From: a virus
Virus record (IMG/VR): IMGVR_UViG_3300032323_001070
Span: 16,763-80,762 of that record
Strand: one strand, 5' to 3'
Length of the DNA stretch: 64,000 nt
Below, in pieces: positions 38,199 through 48,508 of this stretch. The notes under the pieces are model-generated. The model did no database searches. It was given only the letters and a program-made list of their open reading frames with translations, and was not told the origin of the DNA. Within the stretch, counting starts at the first letter, position 1. Each line of letters starts with the position of its first letter. Both the position numbers and the translations under genes were made by a program.

Positions 38199-38872
38199 TT
38201 CCAATTTTTATAGGTTATGATCCTAGAGAAGCAGTAGCATTTCACGTTTGTACAAATAGTATAATCCGTCAATCAAGTCAGCCGGTGAGTATTAATCCGC
38301 TGGCATTAAACATTCTTAAAGATTATAAAGAAACACACACTGACGGTAGTAATCATTTCATCTACAGCAGATTCCTTGTACCACATTTAATGAATTATCA
38401 AGGGTGGGCTATATTCATGGATGGTGATATGTTACTGCGAGATGATATAGCTAAATTATGGGAGCTTCGAGATGAATCAAAAGCAGTTCAAGTCGTCAAA
38501 CATGATTATAAAACCAGACTTACTGAAAAGTATCTTGGAGCGAAGAACGAGAACTATCCTCGTAAAAATTGGAGTTCTGTTATTCTTTGGAATTGTCATC
38601 ATCCTGCAAATGCTACAGTAACTCCTGACTTTGTACAGAATGCCACTGGGGCACAGGTACACAGATTTACGTGGTTATCTGATGACCTCATAGGAGAGTT
38701 ACCCATCGAATGGAATTGGTTGCCGGATGAGTTTGGAGCCAACCCCGATGCTAAATTATTACATTATACATTGGGTACTCCTAGTTTCCACGAATTCGCC
38801 ACAACTCCTATGGGAGATGAATGGCACAGAGAACGGATCTATACTGAGTACTGTCTACAGCATAATCTATGA
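38195..38872 (+). CDS. glycosyltransferase (GT-A, GT8-like)
   Basis: IFIGYD.RE, SRFLVP, FMDGDM, YPRKNWSS, WNWL, HYT.GTP. Confidence 0.8.
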   Translation: MIPIFIGYDPREAVAFHVCTNSIIRQSSQPVSINPLALNILKDYKETHTDGSNHFIYSRFLVPHLMNYQGWAIFMDGDMLLRDDIAKLWELRDESKAVQVVKHDYKTRLTEKYLGAKNENYPRKNWSSVILWNCHHPANATVTPDFVQNATGAQVHRFTWLSDDLIGELPIEWNWLPDEFGANPDAKLLHYTLGTPSFHEFATTPMGDEWHRERIYTEYCLQHNL

Positions 38873-39639
38873 TTTCTTACATTAAGAAAGATCTCTCCCA
38901 ACAGTATAATATCGGAGATGATCTTTGCACTCCGGACAAATATTTTAAAATAGAATCTGAAAATAATCTTTTTATAATCGGCGGCGGTGCATACGTAGAC
39001 CACGGATTAAAAAGATTAAAAAAATTAAATATTGATCCTAAAAAAGTAGTAGCATGGGGTCTTGGAACATCTGATAAAAAATTAACAGATAGTAAATTAA
39101 AATCTTTGCCTTATTTAGATTGGGGTGTAAGAGATCTTGATACAGTTTCAGCAGACAAATTCCTTCCTTGTGTTAGTTGTTTTAATCGACAGATAACATC
39201 AGCACCTAAAGACGATAATACCTTGATATTTTTAAATGCCAATGACAAAGTTTCTGGCGATATCGATATTGATCAACCTTATCTAACAAATGCAGTATCA
39301 ATGGATGAATTTATACGACACTGGAGTATTTCAGATAAAGTTATTACAAATTCATATCATGGAATTTATTGGTCATTATTAACTGGAAGATCTGTAATGC
39401 CGTTCGGATACTCTTCTAAGTTTTTCAGCGTGTTAAAGATGTTTGAAAAAGAATTACCACAAGAAAACTTTTATAAAATAAAAAGCAAAACTGAGCTAAC
39501 TGAATTATTATCAACAGCTATTAAAGATCCTAAATTTATATCTGTGAAAGATTCTAATCTCTTTTTAGATAGATTTAGAAGTTTAAATTATCAGTTTGCT
39601 GCGGGTCTATCTCGATTTGGTATTAGGTGCAGTCTATGA
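38869..39639 (+). CDS. polysaccharide pyruvyltransferase-like protein
   Basis: NIGD, IIGGG, WGLG, GVRD, VITNSYHG motifs. Confidence 0.65.
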   Translation: MISYIKKDLSQQYNIGDDLCTPDKYFKIESENNLFIIGGGAYVDHGLKRLKKLNIDPKKVVAWGLGTSDKKLTDSKLKSLPYLDWGVRDLDTVSADKFLPCVSCFNRQITSAPKDDNTLIFLNANDKVSGDIDIDQPYLTNAVSMDEFIRHWSISDKVITNSYHGIYWSLLTGRSVMPFGYSSKFFSVLKMFEKELPQENFYKIKSKTELTELLSTAIKDPKFISVKDSNLFLDRFRSLNYQFAAGLSRFGIRCSL

Positions 39640-40445
39640 GTGAATGGATTTTTCTAAGCAAAGACGGCGAAGACGAATATATCAATATGTTCGCTAAAGG
39701 ATGTAAATCTCCTATAGTCAGCACAGAACATTTTGTATACGAATCTAGTAATGCTCCTATAGTGCTTAGGGGAATAATGAAGCACAAGATCATGAAACAA
39801 TGCTGGAATGACGGCAGAACTTTTTATTATGTAGACAGTGGATACTTTGGTAATCAACCAAATCCTCTCAATCCGCAAGGTTGGAAAGTTTGGCACCGTA
39901 TCGTTAAAAACGATCTTCAGCACGACAAAATCGTTGAGCGACCCAATGATAGATGGCTGCGACTTAAACAGAATTTAGAACCTTGGAAAAAGTCTGGAAG
40001 AAAAATATTGATAGCGGCGCCCGACGAAAAACCCTGTAAGTTTTACGGAATAGATTTAGAAACGTGGATCAATGAAACTATGGAGACTATTAAAAAGTAT
40101 ACTGATAGGCCCATAGAAGTAAGATCTCGAGCACCTAATAGGATTGACAGGATACAGAATTCTACATTAAAACAGGCGTTAGATAACGATGTGTTTGCAT
40201 TGGTCACTTACAACTCAAACGCTGCCACGGAAGCAGTGATGTACGGTTATCCTGCATTTACCCTAGCTCCAACAAATGCTGCTGGACCAGTTAGTTCTCA
40301 AGATCTTTCCAAAATCAACGAGCCTTACTATCCTAACAGAGATAAATTATATGCCTGGGCCTGTCATTTAGCCTATGGACAATTTCACAACGACGAATTA
40401 AAAAACGGAACTGCAAAAAAAATATTGGAAGAACAGCATGGATGA
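39636..40445 (+). CDS. capsule-synthesis (KpsS/KpsC-like) glycosyltransferase paralog 1
   Basis: VDSGYF, VTYNSNAATEAV..GYP, LAYGQF..E...G.A. Confidence 0.6.
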   Translation: MSEWIFLSKDGEDEYINMFAKGCKSPIVSTEHFVYESSNAPIVLRGIMKHKIMKQCWNDGRTFYYVDSGYFGNQPNPLNPQGWKVWHRIVKNDLQHDKIVERPNDRWLRLKQNLEPWKKSGRKILIAAPDEKPCKFYGIDLETWINETMETIKKYTDRPIEVRSRAPNRIDRIQNSTLKQALDNDVFALVTYNSNAATEAVMYGYPAFTLAPTNAAGPVSSQDLSKINEPYYPNRDKLYAWACHLAYGQFHNDELKNGTAKKILEEQHG

Positions 40446-41208
40446 AATACTTTATAACTACATCAAGAAAGGTTGCAATAACGCAATAGAAAGCGATCCT
40501 AATTTAGAATCTACAAAGCCTTTGTTGATTCGGGGTATTGCTTCTAAAAAACATATCTATAAATGTCAGAATACCGGAAGAGATTTTTATTATCTAGACA
40601 CAGGATATTTTGGCAACTATCCATCAAAACATAATCCAATAGGAAAAAAATTATTTCATAGACTTGTAAAAAATGAATTGCAGTTATCAAAGATTTTAGA
40701 CGTACCCGGTGATCGTTGGGAAGCAGTGGCTAAAACTGATCCTAGATTACAATTTAAAGGTTGGAAGAAAAACGGATCCCATATATTGGTATTATTACCG
40801 ACGCCTAAAGCATGTAAGTTCTATGGCTTCGAATATGAGCAATGGGTCAGTACTACTATCGAAACATTAAAAGCGAATACTGATAGAAAAATCGTATTAA
40901 GAGAAAAACCCGGTAGAAAAGACAGGAAAGTAATATCCAGTGTCTATGATCAGATGGACGGCGCCTTTGCCACAATATCTCTTAACAGTATCGCAGCTAT
41001 CGAATCAATATTATACGGAGTTCCTCATTTTGCCGCAGTTTCGTGTTGCGGAACTCCTTTGGTATCAACTGACTTTTCTAAAATAGAAACTCCTTATTTT
41101 CCCGACGAGCGCCAGATACAATTAAAATGTAATAGTCTAGCTTATAATCAATTCACTACCGAAGAAATGAAAGACGGTACTGCTTGGAAAATACTCCAAC
41201 AATATTAA
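40438..41208 (+). CDS. capsule-synthesis-like glycosyltransferase paralog 2
   Basis: LDTGYF, REKP, NSIAAIES..GVP, LAYNQFT.EE..G.AW. Confidence 0.6.
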   Translation: MDEILYNYIKKGCNNAIESDPNLESTKPLLIRGIASKKHIYKCQNTGRDFYYLDTGYFGNYPSKHNPIGKKLFHRLVKNELQLSKILDVPGDRWEAVAKTDPRLQFKGWKKNGSHILVLLPTPKACKFYGFEYEQWVSTTIETLKANTDRKIVLREKPGRKDRKVISSVYDQMDGAFATISLNSIAAIESILYGVPHFAAVSCCGTPLVSTDFSKIETPYFPDERQIQLKCNSLAYNQFTTEEMKDGTAWKILQQY

Positions 41209-41209
41209 A

Positions 41210-42301
41210 ATGAAATTATTATTAAACAATAAAGAAATCGCTGCCTTTTTAGTAACACAACTAGATGTGTATAGTTGCTGTGAAAAAATAGAGTTCGAAG
41301 AAATAGACATGACTAATGTTAGGGTATTCATAGAACATGAAACTGCTAGAATAACCTATAACATCGACGATATGCGAGAATCTTTTAAAAAGAAAATAGG
41401 CAAGGCTGTGAGAAAAGATTTGAATCGATGGGTAAATGCTGTCAAAAATCAAATAGAAACCGTTAGAAAAGATTATAGATTATTAATTAACAGTCACACT
41501 GATTACTTTATAGAAAAGTTAGGTGAGAAGAATATATTAGAAGCCTACAGAAACAGCGAAGTTCACAATTTCGTTAAGAGTGTAGGTCTGCATATTGATC
41601 CTTCTGCAGAATTAATAAGAAGAAACGATTTCACCTCAGTCTCAGAAGATTGTGTCTTTCGCAATACCATAGGAAACGAACAGTTAATCATATCTAAGAT
41701 CGATAACAATTATCCTTTCTGGTTTATAGATAGTGGATATACTAATTTTATAGAAAATAATAAAAAATGGCATAGGTTAGTTCGCAACCATATCCATTTT
41801 CATAAAGACTTTGAAGCCCCTGTTGATCGTTTAGGCGTTTTTACAGAATTTCCTAAACAGTGGCGCACTGACGGTGATAAAATTCTAATAATCGAGCCTG
41901 GTCCGTTTGCAGCAGGTATAAGTCGCATAGATTTAAAGACTTGGAAGTATCATATAGAAGCAGAGCTAAGAAAATTTACAGATAAAAAAATCGTGTTCAG
42001 AGAAAAGGCTCCTAAAAAACAAAGAGATCCGTTATATAAACATCTACTAGATGAAGATTACTATTGTCTGGTTAATATTAATTCAAATGCTGCTACAGAA
42101 GCAGTATGGGCCGGTGTTCCTGTGATAACATTAGACAAGCATGTGACAAATAGTATAGCCAGAAGTAAATTGTCGGATATAAATGATCTGTTAAGACCTA
42201 ATTTAGCCAATTGGCTTTGTATGCTGAGCTACAGTCAATTTACCTACGACGAATTAATCAACGGAACTGCTGTAAAACTCGTTAATCAATACCATGTCTA
42301 A
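41210..42301 (+). CDS. capsule-synthesis-like glycosyltransferase paralog 3
   Basis: IDSGY, REK, NSNAATEAVWAGVP, LSYSQFT..E..G.A. Confidence 0.6.
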   Translation: MKLLLNNKEIAAFLVTQLDVYSCCEKIEFEEIDMTNVRVFIEHETARITYNIDDMRESFKKKIGKAVRKDLNRWVNAVKNQIETVRKDYRLLINSHTDYFIEKLGEKNILEAYRNSEVHNFVKSVGLHIDPSAELIRRNDFTSVSEDCVFRNTIGNEQLIISKIDNNYPFWFIDSGYTNFIENNKKWHRLVRNHIHFHKDFEAPVDRLGVFTEFPKQWRTDGDKILIIEPGPFAAGISRIDLKTWKYHIEAELRKFTDKKIVFREKAPKKQRDPLYKHLLDEDYYCLVNINSNAATEAVWAGVPVITLDKHVTNSIARSKLSDINDLLRPNLANWLCMLSYSQFTYDELINGTAVKLVNQYHV

Positions 42302-43220
42302 GTTAACCGCAGTCGCATATTTCAAAGGTATTCCTCCTAATAACAAAAATATGGAGAAACCTATGATACTGAATAATTTCTTACAGGGAGTAAGGCAGCT
42401 AGGCGACATTGCTATCAATAATCAAGAAATGAAGGTTATCCCCTGCGATGTTGCTCTGATACAGGGGTTTGTACACGACGACGGAAAACAATTACCTCAT
42501 CTAGAGTTAAGAAAACAGGCAATAACTCAACAAAGAAACAGTGGCAAGAGAAGTTTAATCGTTGACAGTAATTTGTTTTTATATGCTGATCCAGGAAATA
42601 CAAAAACATACCTTCGATACAGTTTTGACGGAGTATTTCCTACTACAGGATTTTATTTTGATACAGATGTTGATCCTAATCGATGGAAAAAAATCAGTAA
42701 GGACCTAGGATTAACCTTGAAGCCTTATCGATCAGATGGAGATCACATTTTAATCTGCTTACAAAGACACGGCGGCTGGAGTATGGGTGGTCTTAGTACT
42801 TTAGAATGGTTAGATCATACTATCAATAAGATAAGAGAACAAACTTTAAAGAGACCAATCATAGTTAGAGCACATCCCGGCGATCGCAGAATAAAATCAA
42901 TGCTAAGTTTAAATTATAAAAATGTTTTTCTCAGCGAAAAAGAAAAATTAGTAGATGATCTCAAAGGAGCATGGGCCAGTGTGGTCTATAATAGCAGTCC
43001 TAGTGTGGCTAGTCTTATCGAAGGTATACCTACGTTCGTAACAGACCCAACACCCCAACACAGTCAAAGTTTTGGAGTCGCTAACACTGACCTTTCTCAG
43101 ATAACTCAACCTCAACTACCTGATAGACAACAGTGGATTGAAAAAGTTTCGATGTGTCACTGGAATTTTGATGAGCTTAAATCTGGTGAGGCCTGGCAGT
43201 TTTTTAAAAAATATGTTTAA
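42294..43220 (+). CDS. capsule-synthesis-like glycosyltransferase paralog 4
   Basis: ILICLQ, VRAHP, NSSPSV.S.IEGIP, HW..DEL..G.AW. Confidence 0.6.
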   Translation: MSKLTAVAYFKGIPPNNKNMEKPMILNNFLQGVRQLGDIAINNQEMKVIPCDVALIQGFVHDDGKQLPHLELRKQAITQQRNSGKRSLIVDSNLFLYADPGNTKTYLRYSFDGVFPTTGFYFDTDVDPNRWKKISKDLGLTLKPYRSDGDHILICLQRHGGWSMGGLSTLEWLDHTINKIREQTLKRPIIVRAHPGDRRIKSMLSLNYKNVFLSEKEKLVDDLKGAWASVVYNSSPSVASLIEGIPTFVTDPTPQHSQSFGVANTDLSQITQPQLPDRQQWIEKVSMCHWNFDELKSGEAWQFFKKYV

Positions 43221-44062
43221 GCAAACTGCTGCCAGTACGGTTCTGTTCTAACTACCTTAAGATCTTCTCGTTTACTTCTACCGGCAAATTTTCTGTCACC
43301 TTTTAAGTGATCTAACCATGCTCCCCATTCGCTATTAATCAATGGATGGCCTTCTCCTACACTGTTTCCGACTCCGGGTCGTAGATCCCCGAGAGTTTCA
43401 CTCCAACTCAGCTGATTAAGAAATGGCATCTTGACTCTGACAGCATCAAATACGAAGCTATCGTGCCACTCGTCTAATAAAAATATGCCACCTTCGGCTT
43501 TATCGTACATTCTTTGGAATTCCATCAAGAACATCTTGGTCTGCTCAGTTCTTAAATTCATAGAATAGAGGCCACACTCTGAAAATTTACCTTTCCTGCC
43601 GAGGTAGCAGAGATCTTTTTCACCGGGTATCATCCTTTGAAGGTCTGTCAACGTAATAGGGCTGTGGCAAATGGTGTCAGCGTCCATCCATAACAAAATA
43701 TCGGCATCACAGTTCTTGGCACAATGAAAAATTGAGTAAACTTTATGACTAAATCTCACGGCATCCCACTTGAAGCCCTTGCCAGCATCTCTTCTACGGC
43801 TGCGTATCGGATCGCTTCTAACATCTCCGTTGGCCTTAGGAACACCCTTCCACTTATTTTTAAAATTTACCAAATCTTGACTGACTGCGTGGAGGTCTAG
43901 TACTACAAGATTGTCGCCTTTTTCTGAAACAGTAACATCTTCACCGTAGACATACAGTGTTACTTCTTTAGGCCATGTTTTTAGAAAGGTTTCTATCATC
44001 CTTTTTCCATACATCTCATAGCCCTTCTTGTGAAATGTCGTAACCACTGAATATTTTGTCAT
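43217..44062 (-). CDS. glycosyltransferase (GT-A)
   Basis: RFSHKV, WMDAD (DxD), EWHDS, HLKG. Confidence 0.7.
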   Translation of the reverse strand: MTKYSVVTTFHKKGYEMYGKRMIETFLKTWPKEVTLYVYGEDVTVSEKGDNLVVLDLHAVSQDLVNFKNKWKGVPKANGDVRSDPIRSRRRDAGKGFKWDAVRFSHKVYSIFHCAKNCDADILLWMDADTICHSPITLTDLQRMIPGEKDLCYLGRKGKFSECGLYSMNLRTEQTKMFLMEFQRMYDKAEGGIFLLDEWHDSFVFDAVRVKMPFLNQLSWSETLGDLRPGVGNSVGEGHPLINSEWGAWLDHLKGDRKFAGRSKREDLKVVRTEPYWQQFA

Positions 44063-44454
44063 TTTTTCTTCCATATTTGATAACCTTTAGAGATGTCAGT
44101 TATAACATACTGACAACTTTTTAAGAAATCTGAAAATTCTTTATCAATATAATTTTCAGTATAAATCATAAGTGTTGGTTTTTGTTTAATTAACAATCTT
44201 TCCACTAATCTTAGATTTTTAATGCCGTCGACGTCAGTAAATATTAGATTAAACTTTGGCAAGTTTATTAATTCATCAAAAAACTCCTGATAGACGATAT
44301 TTTTTCTTTTTACAATAACGTTATGTTCCTTGTAGACAAAAACTGTGCCAAAAATATTGGAAAAATCTTCGAGAAGATCCGCTGCTGAGTTTAAAACTAA
44401 GCAGGAGTCTACACCGTCGGCAGTTTTTGTAATTCTTTTATAGAACTTGTTCAT
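44059..44454 (-). CDS. hypothetical protein
   Basis: 131 aa, coupled to the downstream glycosyltransferase. Confidence 0.6.
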   Translation of the reverse strand: MNKFYKRITKTADGVDSCLVLNSAADLLEDFSNIFGTVFVYKEHNVIVKRKNIVYQEFFDELINLPKFNLIFTDVDGIKNLRLVERLLIKQKPTLMIYTENYIDKEFSDFLKSCQYVITDISKGYQIWKKK

Positions 44455-44461
44455 TTTAGAT

Positions 44462-44479
44462 TAAATACTATGATATTTA
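44462..44479. promoter_or_regulatory. face-to-face late promoters
   Basis: TAAATA at 44462-44467 (+) and TATTTA at 44474-44479 (-). Confidence 0.6.
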
Positions 44480-44490
44480 TTGAGTAAAAT

Positions 44491-45351
44491 ATGAGATACA
44501 AACTTTATAGGTCCAACGGCGCACTAAACAGTGGCCCAGTCTTTGACGCATTTGAACAGGGTATCCGTAGCATCAAAGAATACCCAGTGTCCGATAGCGA
44601 GGATGTGGCAGTTATTTGGTCAGTGCTATGGAACGGCCGGATGCAGGCCAATCAACATATCTTTTATTCTTTCCAGAATAAGAAAAAACCTGTGGTAATC
44701 ATAGAGGTTGGTAATCTCATCAGAAACAAGACCTGGAGGATATCACTTGACAATATCAATAGTCTTGGATATTTTGCCAATGACAGCGATCTGGATAAAA
44801 GCAGACCAAAACAACTAGGTATCAAGCTCAAAGATACTAACCCCAACAGACGTCCGGAGATATTGATAGCTGCTCAACATCAGAATAGTTTACAGTGGCA
44901 AGGTATGCCTCCTATGGTAGACTGGGTTAAGCAAACCATCGATAAAATAAGGCAGTACACTGACAGAGGAATAGTGGTTCGACCACATCCTCGTTCACCA
45001 TTTACTCTAAACATACCCGGAGTTAGTGTAGAAACTCCTCAAAAAATCAGAGACAGCTACGATGATTTTGACATAGATTATAACTACCATTGTGTTGTTA
45101 ATCACAACAGCGGTCCTGCTGTTCAAGCAGCCATTCAAGGCGTTCCTGTGATCTGTGACTCGTCTAGCCTTGCTGGAGAATTAAGTGGAACCTTTGAAAA
45201 TATTGAAAACATTCAATTGCCTGATAGAAAAGATTGGTTGATTAAACTAGCCCATACTGAATGGACTGTAGAAGAAATAGCCCAGGGTATTCCACTCAAG
45301 AGATTGAAACCTAAACTTAACCAACTTGTAGCAAATTCCTTGCTTTCTTAA
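44491..45351 (+). CDS. capsule-synthesis-like glycosyltransferase paralog 5
   Basis: ILIAAQ, VRPHP, NSGPAVQAAIQGVP, LAHTEWT.EEI..G. Confidence 0.65.
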   Translation: MRYKLYRSNGALNSGPVFDAFEQGIRSIKEYPVSDSEDVAVIWSVLWNGRMQANQHIFYSFQNKKKPVVIIEVGNLIRNKTWRISLDNINSLGYFANDSDLDKSRPKQLGIKLKDTNPNRRPEILIAAQHQNSLQWQGMPPMVDWVKQTIDKIRQYTDRGIVVRPHPRSPFTLNIPGVSVETPQKIRDSYDDFDIDYNYHCVVNHNSGPAVQAAIQGVPVICDSSSLAGELSGTFENIENIQLPDRKDWLIKLAHTEWTVEEIAQGIPLKRLKPKLNQLVANSLLS

Positions 45352-45369
45352 GTATGAATGTGTTAAAAT
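45340..45369 (+). promoter_or_regulatory. sigma70-type promoter
   Basis: TTGCTT-N18-TAAAAT with an extended TG, ATG 6 nt downstream. Confidence 0.55.
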
Positions 45370-45375
45370 TAACAC

Positions 45376-46569
45376 ATGCCGAACCATCTTTATTTCGAAG
45401 ACGCCTTTGTGGAATTTTATTCACATGTAATGTATGGAAAAATTCCACTGCAATATCAGGATCAGCATCCCTGTGATAATTTTTACAATTTAATCACTGA
45501 CAAAAAACAGTTGACCGAAAATCAAGGTCGGTTCATCGTCAAGATTTTAGAAAAATATAAGAAATTTTCTTCGAACCTCGGTCTTCGGTATCAACACCTA
45601 CTAGACAACCCCAAGTGGAAAAATACGTTCCGGATCATTGATACTTCTAAAAAGATTTTCATCGAAAACGATGATCAAAATAACCTCTGGATCAACGCAA
45701 AATTTCCGTATGCTTTGAAAGATATCTTTCAAAAAGAAATTGTTGATCCTAGTGGATTAACTGGTAGTCATTGGGATCCTGAATCTAAAGTAAGAAGGAT
45801 TCCTTTCAGAAATTGCAACATTATACACATTTATGAATTTGCTATAAAACATGGTTTTGAGGTGGATGATTCGGTATTAACTGCCATGAGCGAGGTGGAA
45901 GAGATTTGGAACAATGCACATGATGTTGTTCCATATTCAAAAATAATCGATGACAAAGTCTATCTCATAAACGCCAACGAAGATGTAGAAGCATGGTGGT
46001 CTGAGAATTCAACAGGCACTATTCAACAAGACATGTTTTTGGCAAAAACTGCTGGATTTCCTCTACAAATTGAAGAACAGGATCACAGCGACATTCTGGA
46101 ACGCATTTCAACTTCAGAAGAAACTCATTTCTGGATCAAAGACAACGATCAGTTTTTTAATCTGTACAATACCCTAGGTGGAAAGTGTGCTGTGGTATTA
46201 GATAGAAACTGTGATGTCAAAGAATGGATCGGCGATTTTGTAAATTCTGCTGAAAAAAACCAGATCAATCGAAACCTTATAAAAGTCTGTTTTAGAGAAT
46301 CTCAAGAAGATAAATCAGGTTTCAATGATTGGATCAAACAAAACAATTTGGGCGGTACGTTAGAAAATGCTGATATCTTTATTTTTCAACATAAGCCTCC
46401 CAAGTGGTTGTTCAAAGATAATATTTCTGTTAAAATAGTAGTTACGAATGGTTTATATCCTTCTACGAGTAATTTAACACAGGCATTAACAGAGTCACAT
46501 CCCTGTGTGATACACCTTGGAAATATAAAGCCATCGGCACAAAGGAAAATAACAATTGTCGACTTGTAA
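45376..46569 (+). CDS. hypothetical protein upstream of UvsW
   Basis: 397-aa ORF overlapping the uvsW start. Confidence 0.7.
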   Translation: MPNHLYFEDAFVEFYSHVMYGKIPLQYQDQHPCDNFYNLITDKKQLTENQGRFIVKILEKYKKFSSNLGLRYQHLLDNPKWKNTFRIIDTSKKIFIENDDQNNLWINAKFPYALKDIFQKEIVDPSGLTGSHWDPESKVRRIPFRNCNIIHIYEFAIKHGFEVDDSVLTAMSEVEEIWNNAHDVVPYSKIIDDKVYLINANEDVEAWWSENSTGTIQQDMFLAKTAGFPLQIEEQDHSDILERISTSEETHFWIKDNDQFFNLYNTLGGKCAVVLDRNCDVKEWIGDFVNSAEKNQINRNLIKVCFRESQEDKSGFNDWIKQNNLGGTLENADIFIFQHKPPKWLFKDNISVKIVVTNGLYPSTSNLTQALTESHPCVIHLGNIKPSAQRKITIVDL

Positions 46570-48010
46570 ATTAACAATCAAGGATGAAGTTAATATAAAA
46601 TTTGATGGATTGGCTGTTGAAACTAGAAGAAAAATAGTCAACAAATTAAAATACGATCTTCCCTATGCACGACATATGCCTGCTTACAAATTAGGCAGAT
46701 GGGACGGAACAAAAACTTTCTTCGGCATCGGCGGCACTGGATATCTAGCACATCTCGATGTGATTCTTCCTATAGTTGAAGAATCAGGATATGAAATAGA
46801 AGTTGAAGATCTTCGACAATTCCGTGATTTTAAATTTTCTCCAGTAACTGAAAACTATTGGGCTGATCAAGGCAAGACATGGCCCAAGGGTCATCCGGCC
46901 GCAGGGCAACCTATCGTACTTCGAGATTATCAGTACGATGTGATCAATAAGTTTTTAGAAAATCCACAGAGCCTACAAGAAGTGGCCACAGGCGCAGGTA
47001 AAACGATTACTACCGCTACATTAAGTCATCTCTGCGAACCTTATGGTCGCACTATGGTTGTTGTTCCAAACAAATCTTTAGTGGTGCAAACTGAAGAAGA
47101 TTATAAAAACTTAGGCTTGGATGTTGGCGTATACTTCGGTGATCGTAAAGAACTAAATCGCACACATACTATCTGCACTTGGCAGAGTCTTAACGTCTTA
47201 GATAAGAAAAGTTATGATGATGATACGTTGACACTGGCTGAATTCTGTGAAGGTGTCTGCGCTATAATCATCGACGAAGTACATCAAGCCAAGGCAGATG
47301 TGTTGACTAAGTTGCTGACACAGAATTTTAAAAACTGTGCGATACGTTGGGGATTGACAGGAACTATACCTAAAGAAAAATGGGAGTTTCAAAGTCTACT
47401 GGCCAGTATTGGTCCAGTAATTAATCAAGTCACTGCTCACGACTTACAACAAAAAGATGTATTGGCGAAATTAGATATACAAATACTACAGACCACTGAC
47501 GTAGAAGTATTTAGAACCTACGCAGAAGAATATGCATGGTTGGTAACTGATAGCAAGAGATTGGATTGGATCTCAGATAAGATTAAAAATATAGCCTCTT
47601 CAGGAAACACATTGATATTGGTTAATAGGATCGATACTGGAAACAAACTGGTAGAGCGATTGCCTGACTCTGTTTTCATCTCTGGCGCTGTTAAACTCGA
47701 GGATAGGAAAGACGAATATGATGAAGTTAAAACTAGCGATAACAAGGTTATTGTGGCGACTTACGGTGTGGCCGCTGTGGGTATTAATATTCCAAGGATT
47801 TTTAATCTGGTTCTTATTGAACCCGGAAAGAGCTTTGTCCGCGTTATACAAAGCATTGGGCGAGGCATTAGAAAAGCAGAAGACAAAGACTTCGTTCAAA
47901 TCTGGGATATCACATCTACCTGCAAATACGCCAAGCGCCATCTCACTGAAAGGAAGAAGTATTACAAGGATGCTAAGTATCCGTTCACGATCACGAAGGT
48001 AACAACATGA
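46556..48010 (+). CDS. uvsW: SF2 DNA helicase
   Basis: LRDYQ, ATGAGKT, DEVH, GLTGT, QSIGRGIR. Confidence 0.9.
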   Translation: MSTCKLTIKDEVNIKFDGLAVETRRKIVNKLKYDLPYARHMPAYKLGRWDGTKTFFGIGGTGYLAHLDVILPIVEESGYEIEVEDLRQFRDFKFSPVTENYWADQGKTWPKGHPAAGQPIVLRDYQYDVINKFLENPQSLQEVATGAGKTITTATLSHLCEPYGRTMVVVPNKSLVVQTEEDYKNLGLDVGVYFGDRKELNRTHTICTWQSLNVLDKKSYDDDTLTLAEFCEGVCAIIIDEVHQAKADVLTKLLTQNFKNCAIRWGLTGTIPKEKWEFQSLLASIGPVINQVTAHDLQQKDVLAKLDIQILQTTDVEVFRTYAEEYAWLVTDSKRLDWISDKIKNIASSGNTLILVNRIDTGNKLVERLPDSVFISGAVKLEDRKDEYDEVKTSDNKVIVATYGVAAVGINIPRIFNLVLIEPGKSFVRVIQSIGRGIRKAEDKDFVQIWDITSTCKYAKRHLTERKKYYKDAKYPFTITKVTT

Positions 48011-48498
48011 AAAGATGGGACAGACTAAGCGTACCAGTGACTATTCCTTTCGAAGGAAAGAGAAAGAAATTCTTAAAACATCTTATAGAAAACAATAATT
48101 TTCAAATAATGATAGAGGTAGGGATTGACACAGGAAAGACTACTTTTTTCCTATTAGATAATATTCCTCATTTAAAAATTTACGCTATTGATACTGATAT
48201 TAGAAAGTTTTATAATAATTCTATAAAAGAAAAATACGGCGATAGACTGATACCAATGGAAGGATATAGTCACGAAGTTGCTGATCAACTGCCAGACAAT
48301 TTTGCAGATATAGTTTTCATAGATGCTGATCATTCATATGACGCAGTGAAAAAAGATATCGTAAAATACACGCCTAAACTAAAAAAGAATGGTTTATTAA
48401 CTGGACATGATATTGACTATCCGGGTGTAAACAAGGCTGTTAACGAAATGATTAAAGATTTTGATGTTGGTCCAAATTATGTATGGATTAAAAAATAA
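48007..48498 (+). CDS. class I SAM methyltransferase (Methyltransf_24-like)
   Basis: IEVG..G, FIDADHSY, G.L.GHD. Confidence 0.8.
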   Translation: MKRWDRLSVPVTIPFEGKRKKFLKHLIENNNFQIMIEVGIDTGKTTFFLLDNIPHLKIYAIDTDIRKFYNNSIKEKYGDRLIPMEGYSHEVADQLPDNFADIVFIDADHSYDAVKKDIVKYTPKLKKNGLLTGHDIDYPGVNKAVNEMIKDFDVGPNYVWIKK

Positions 48499-48508
48499 AG
48501 GTAACTAA

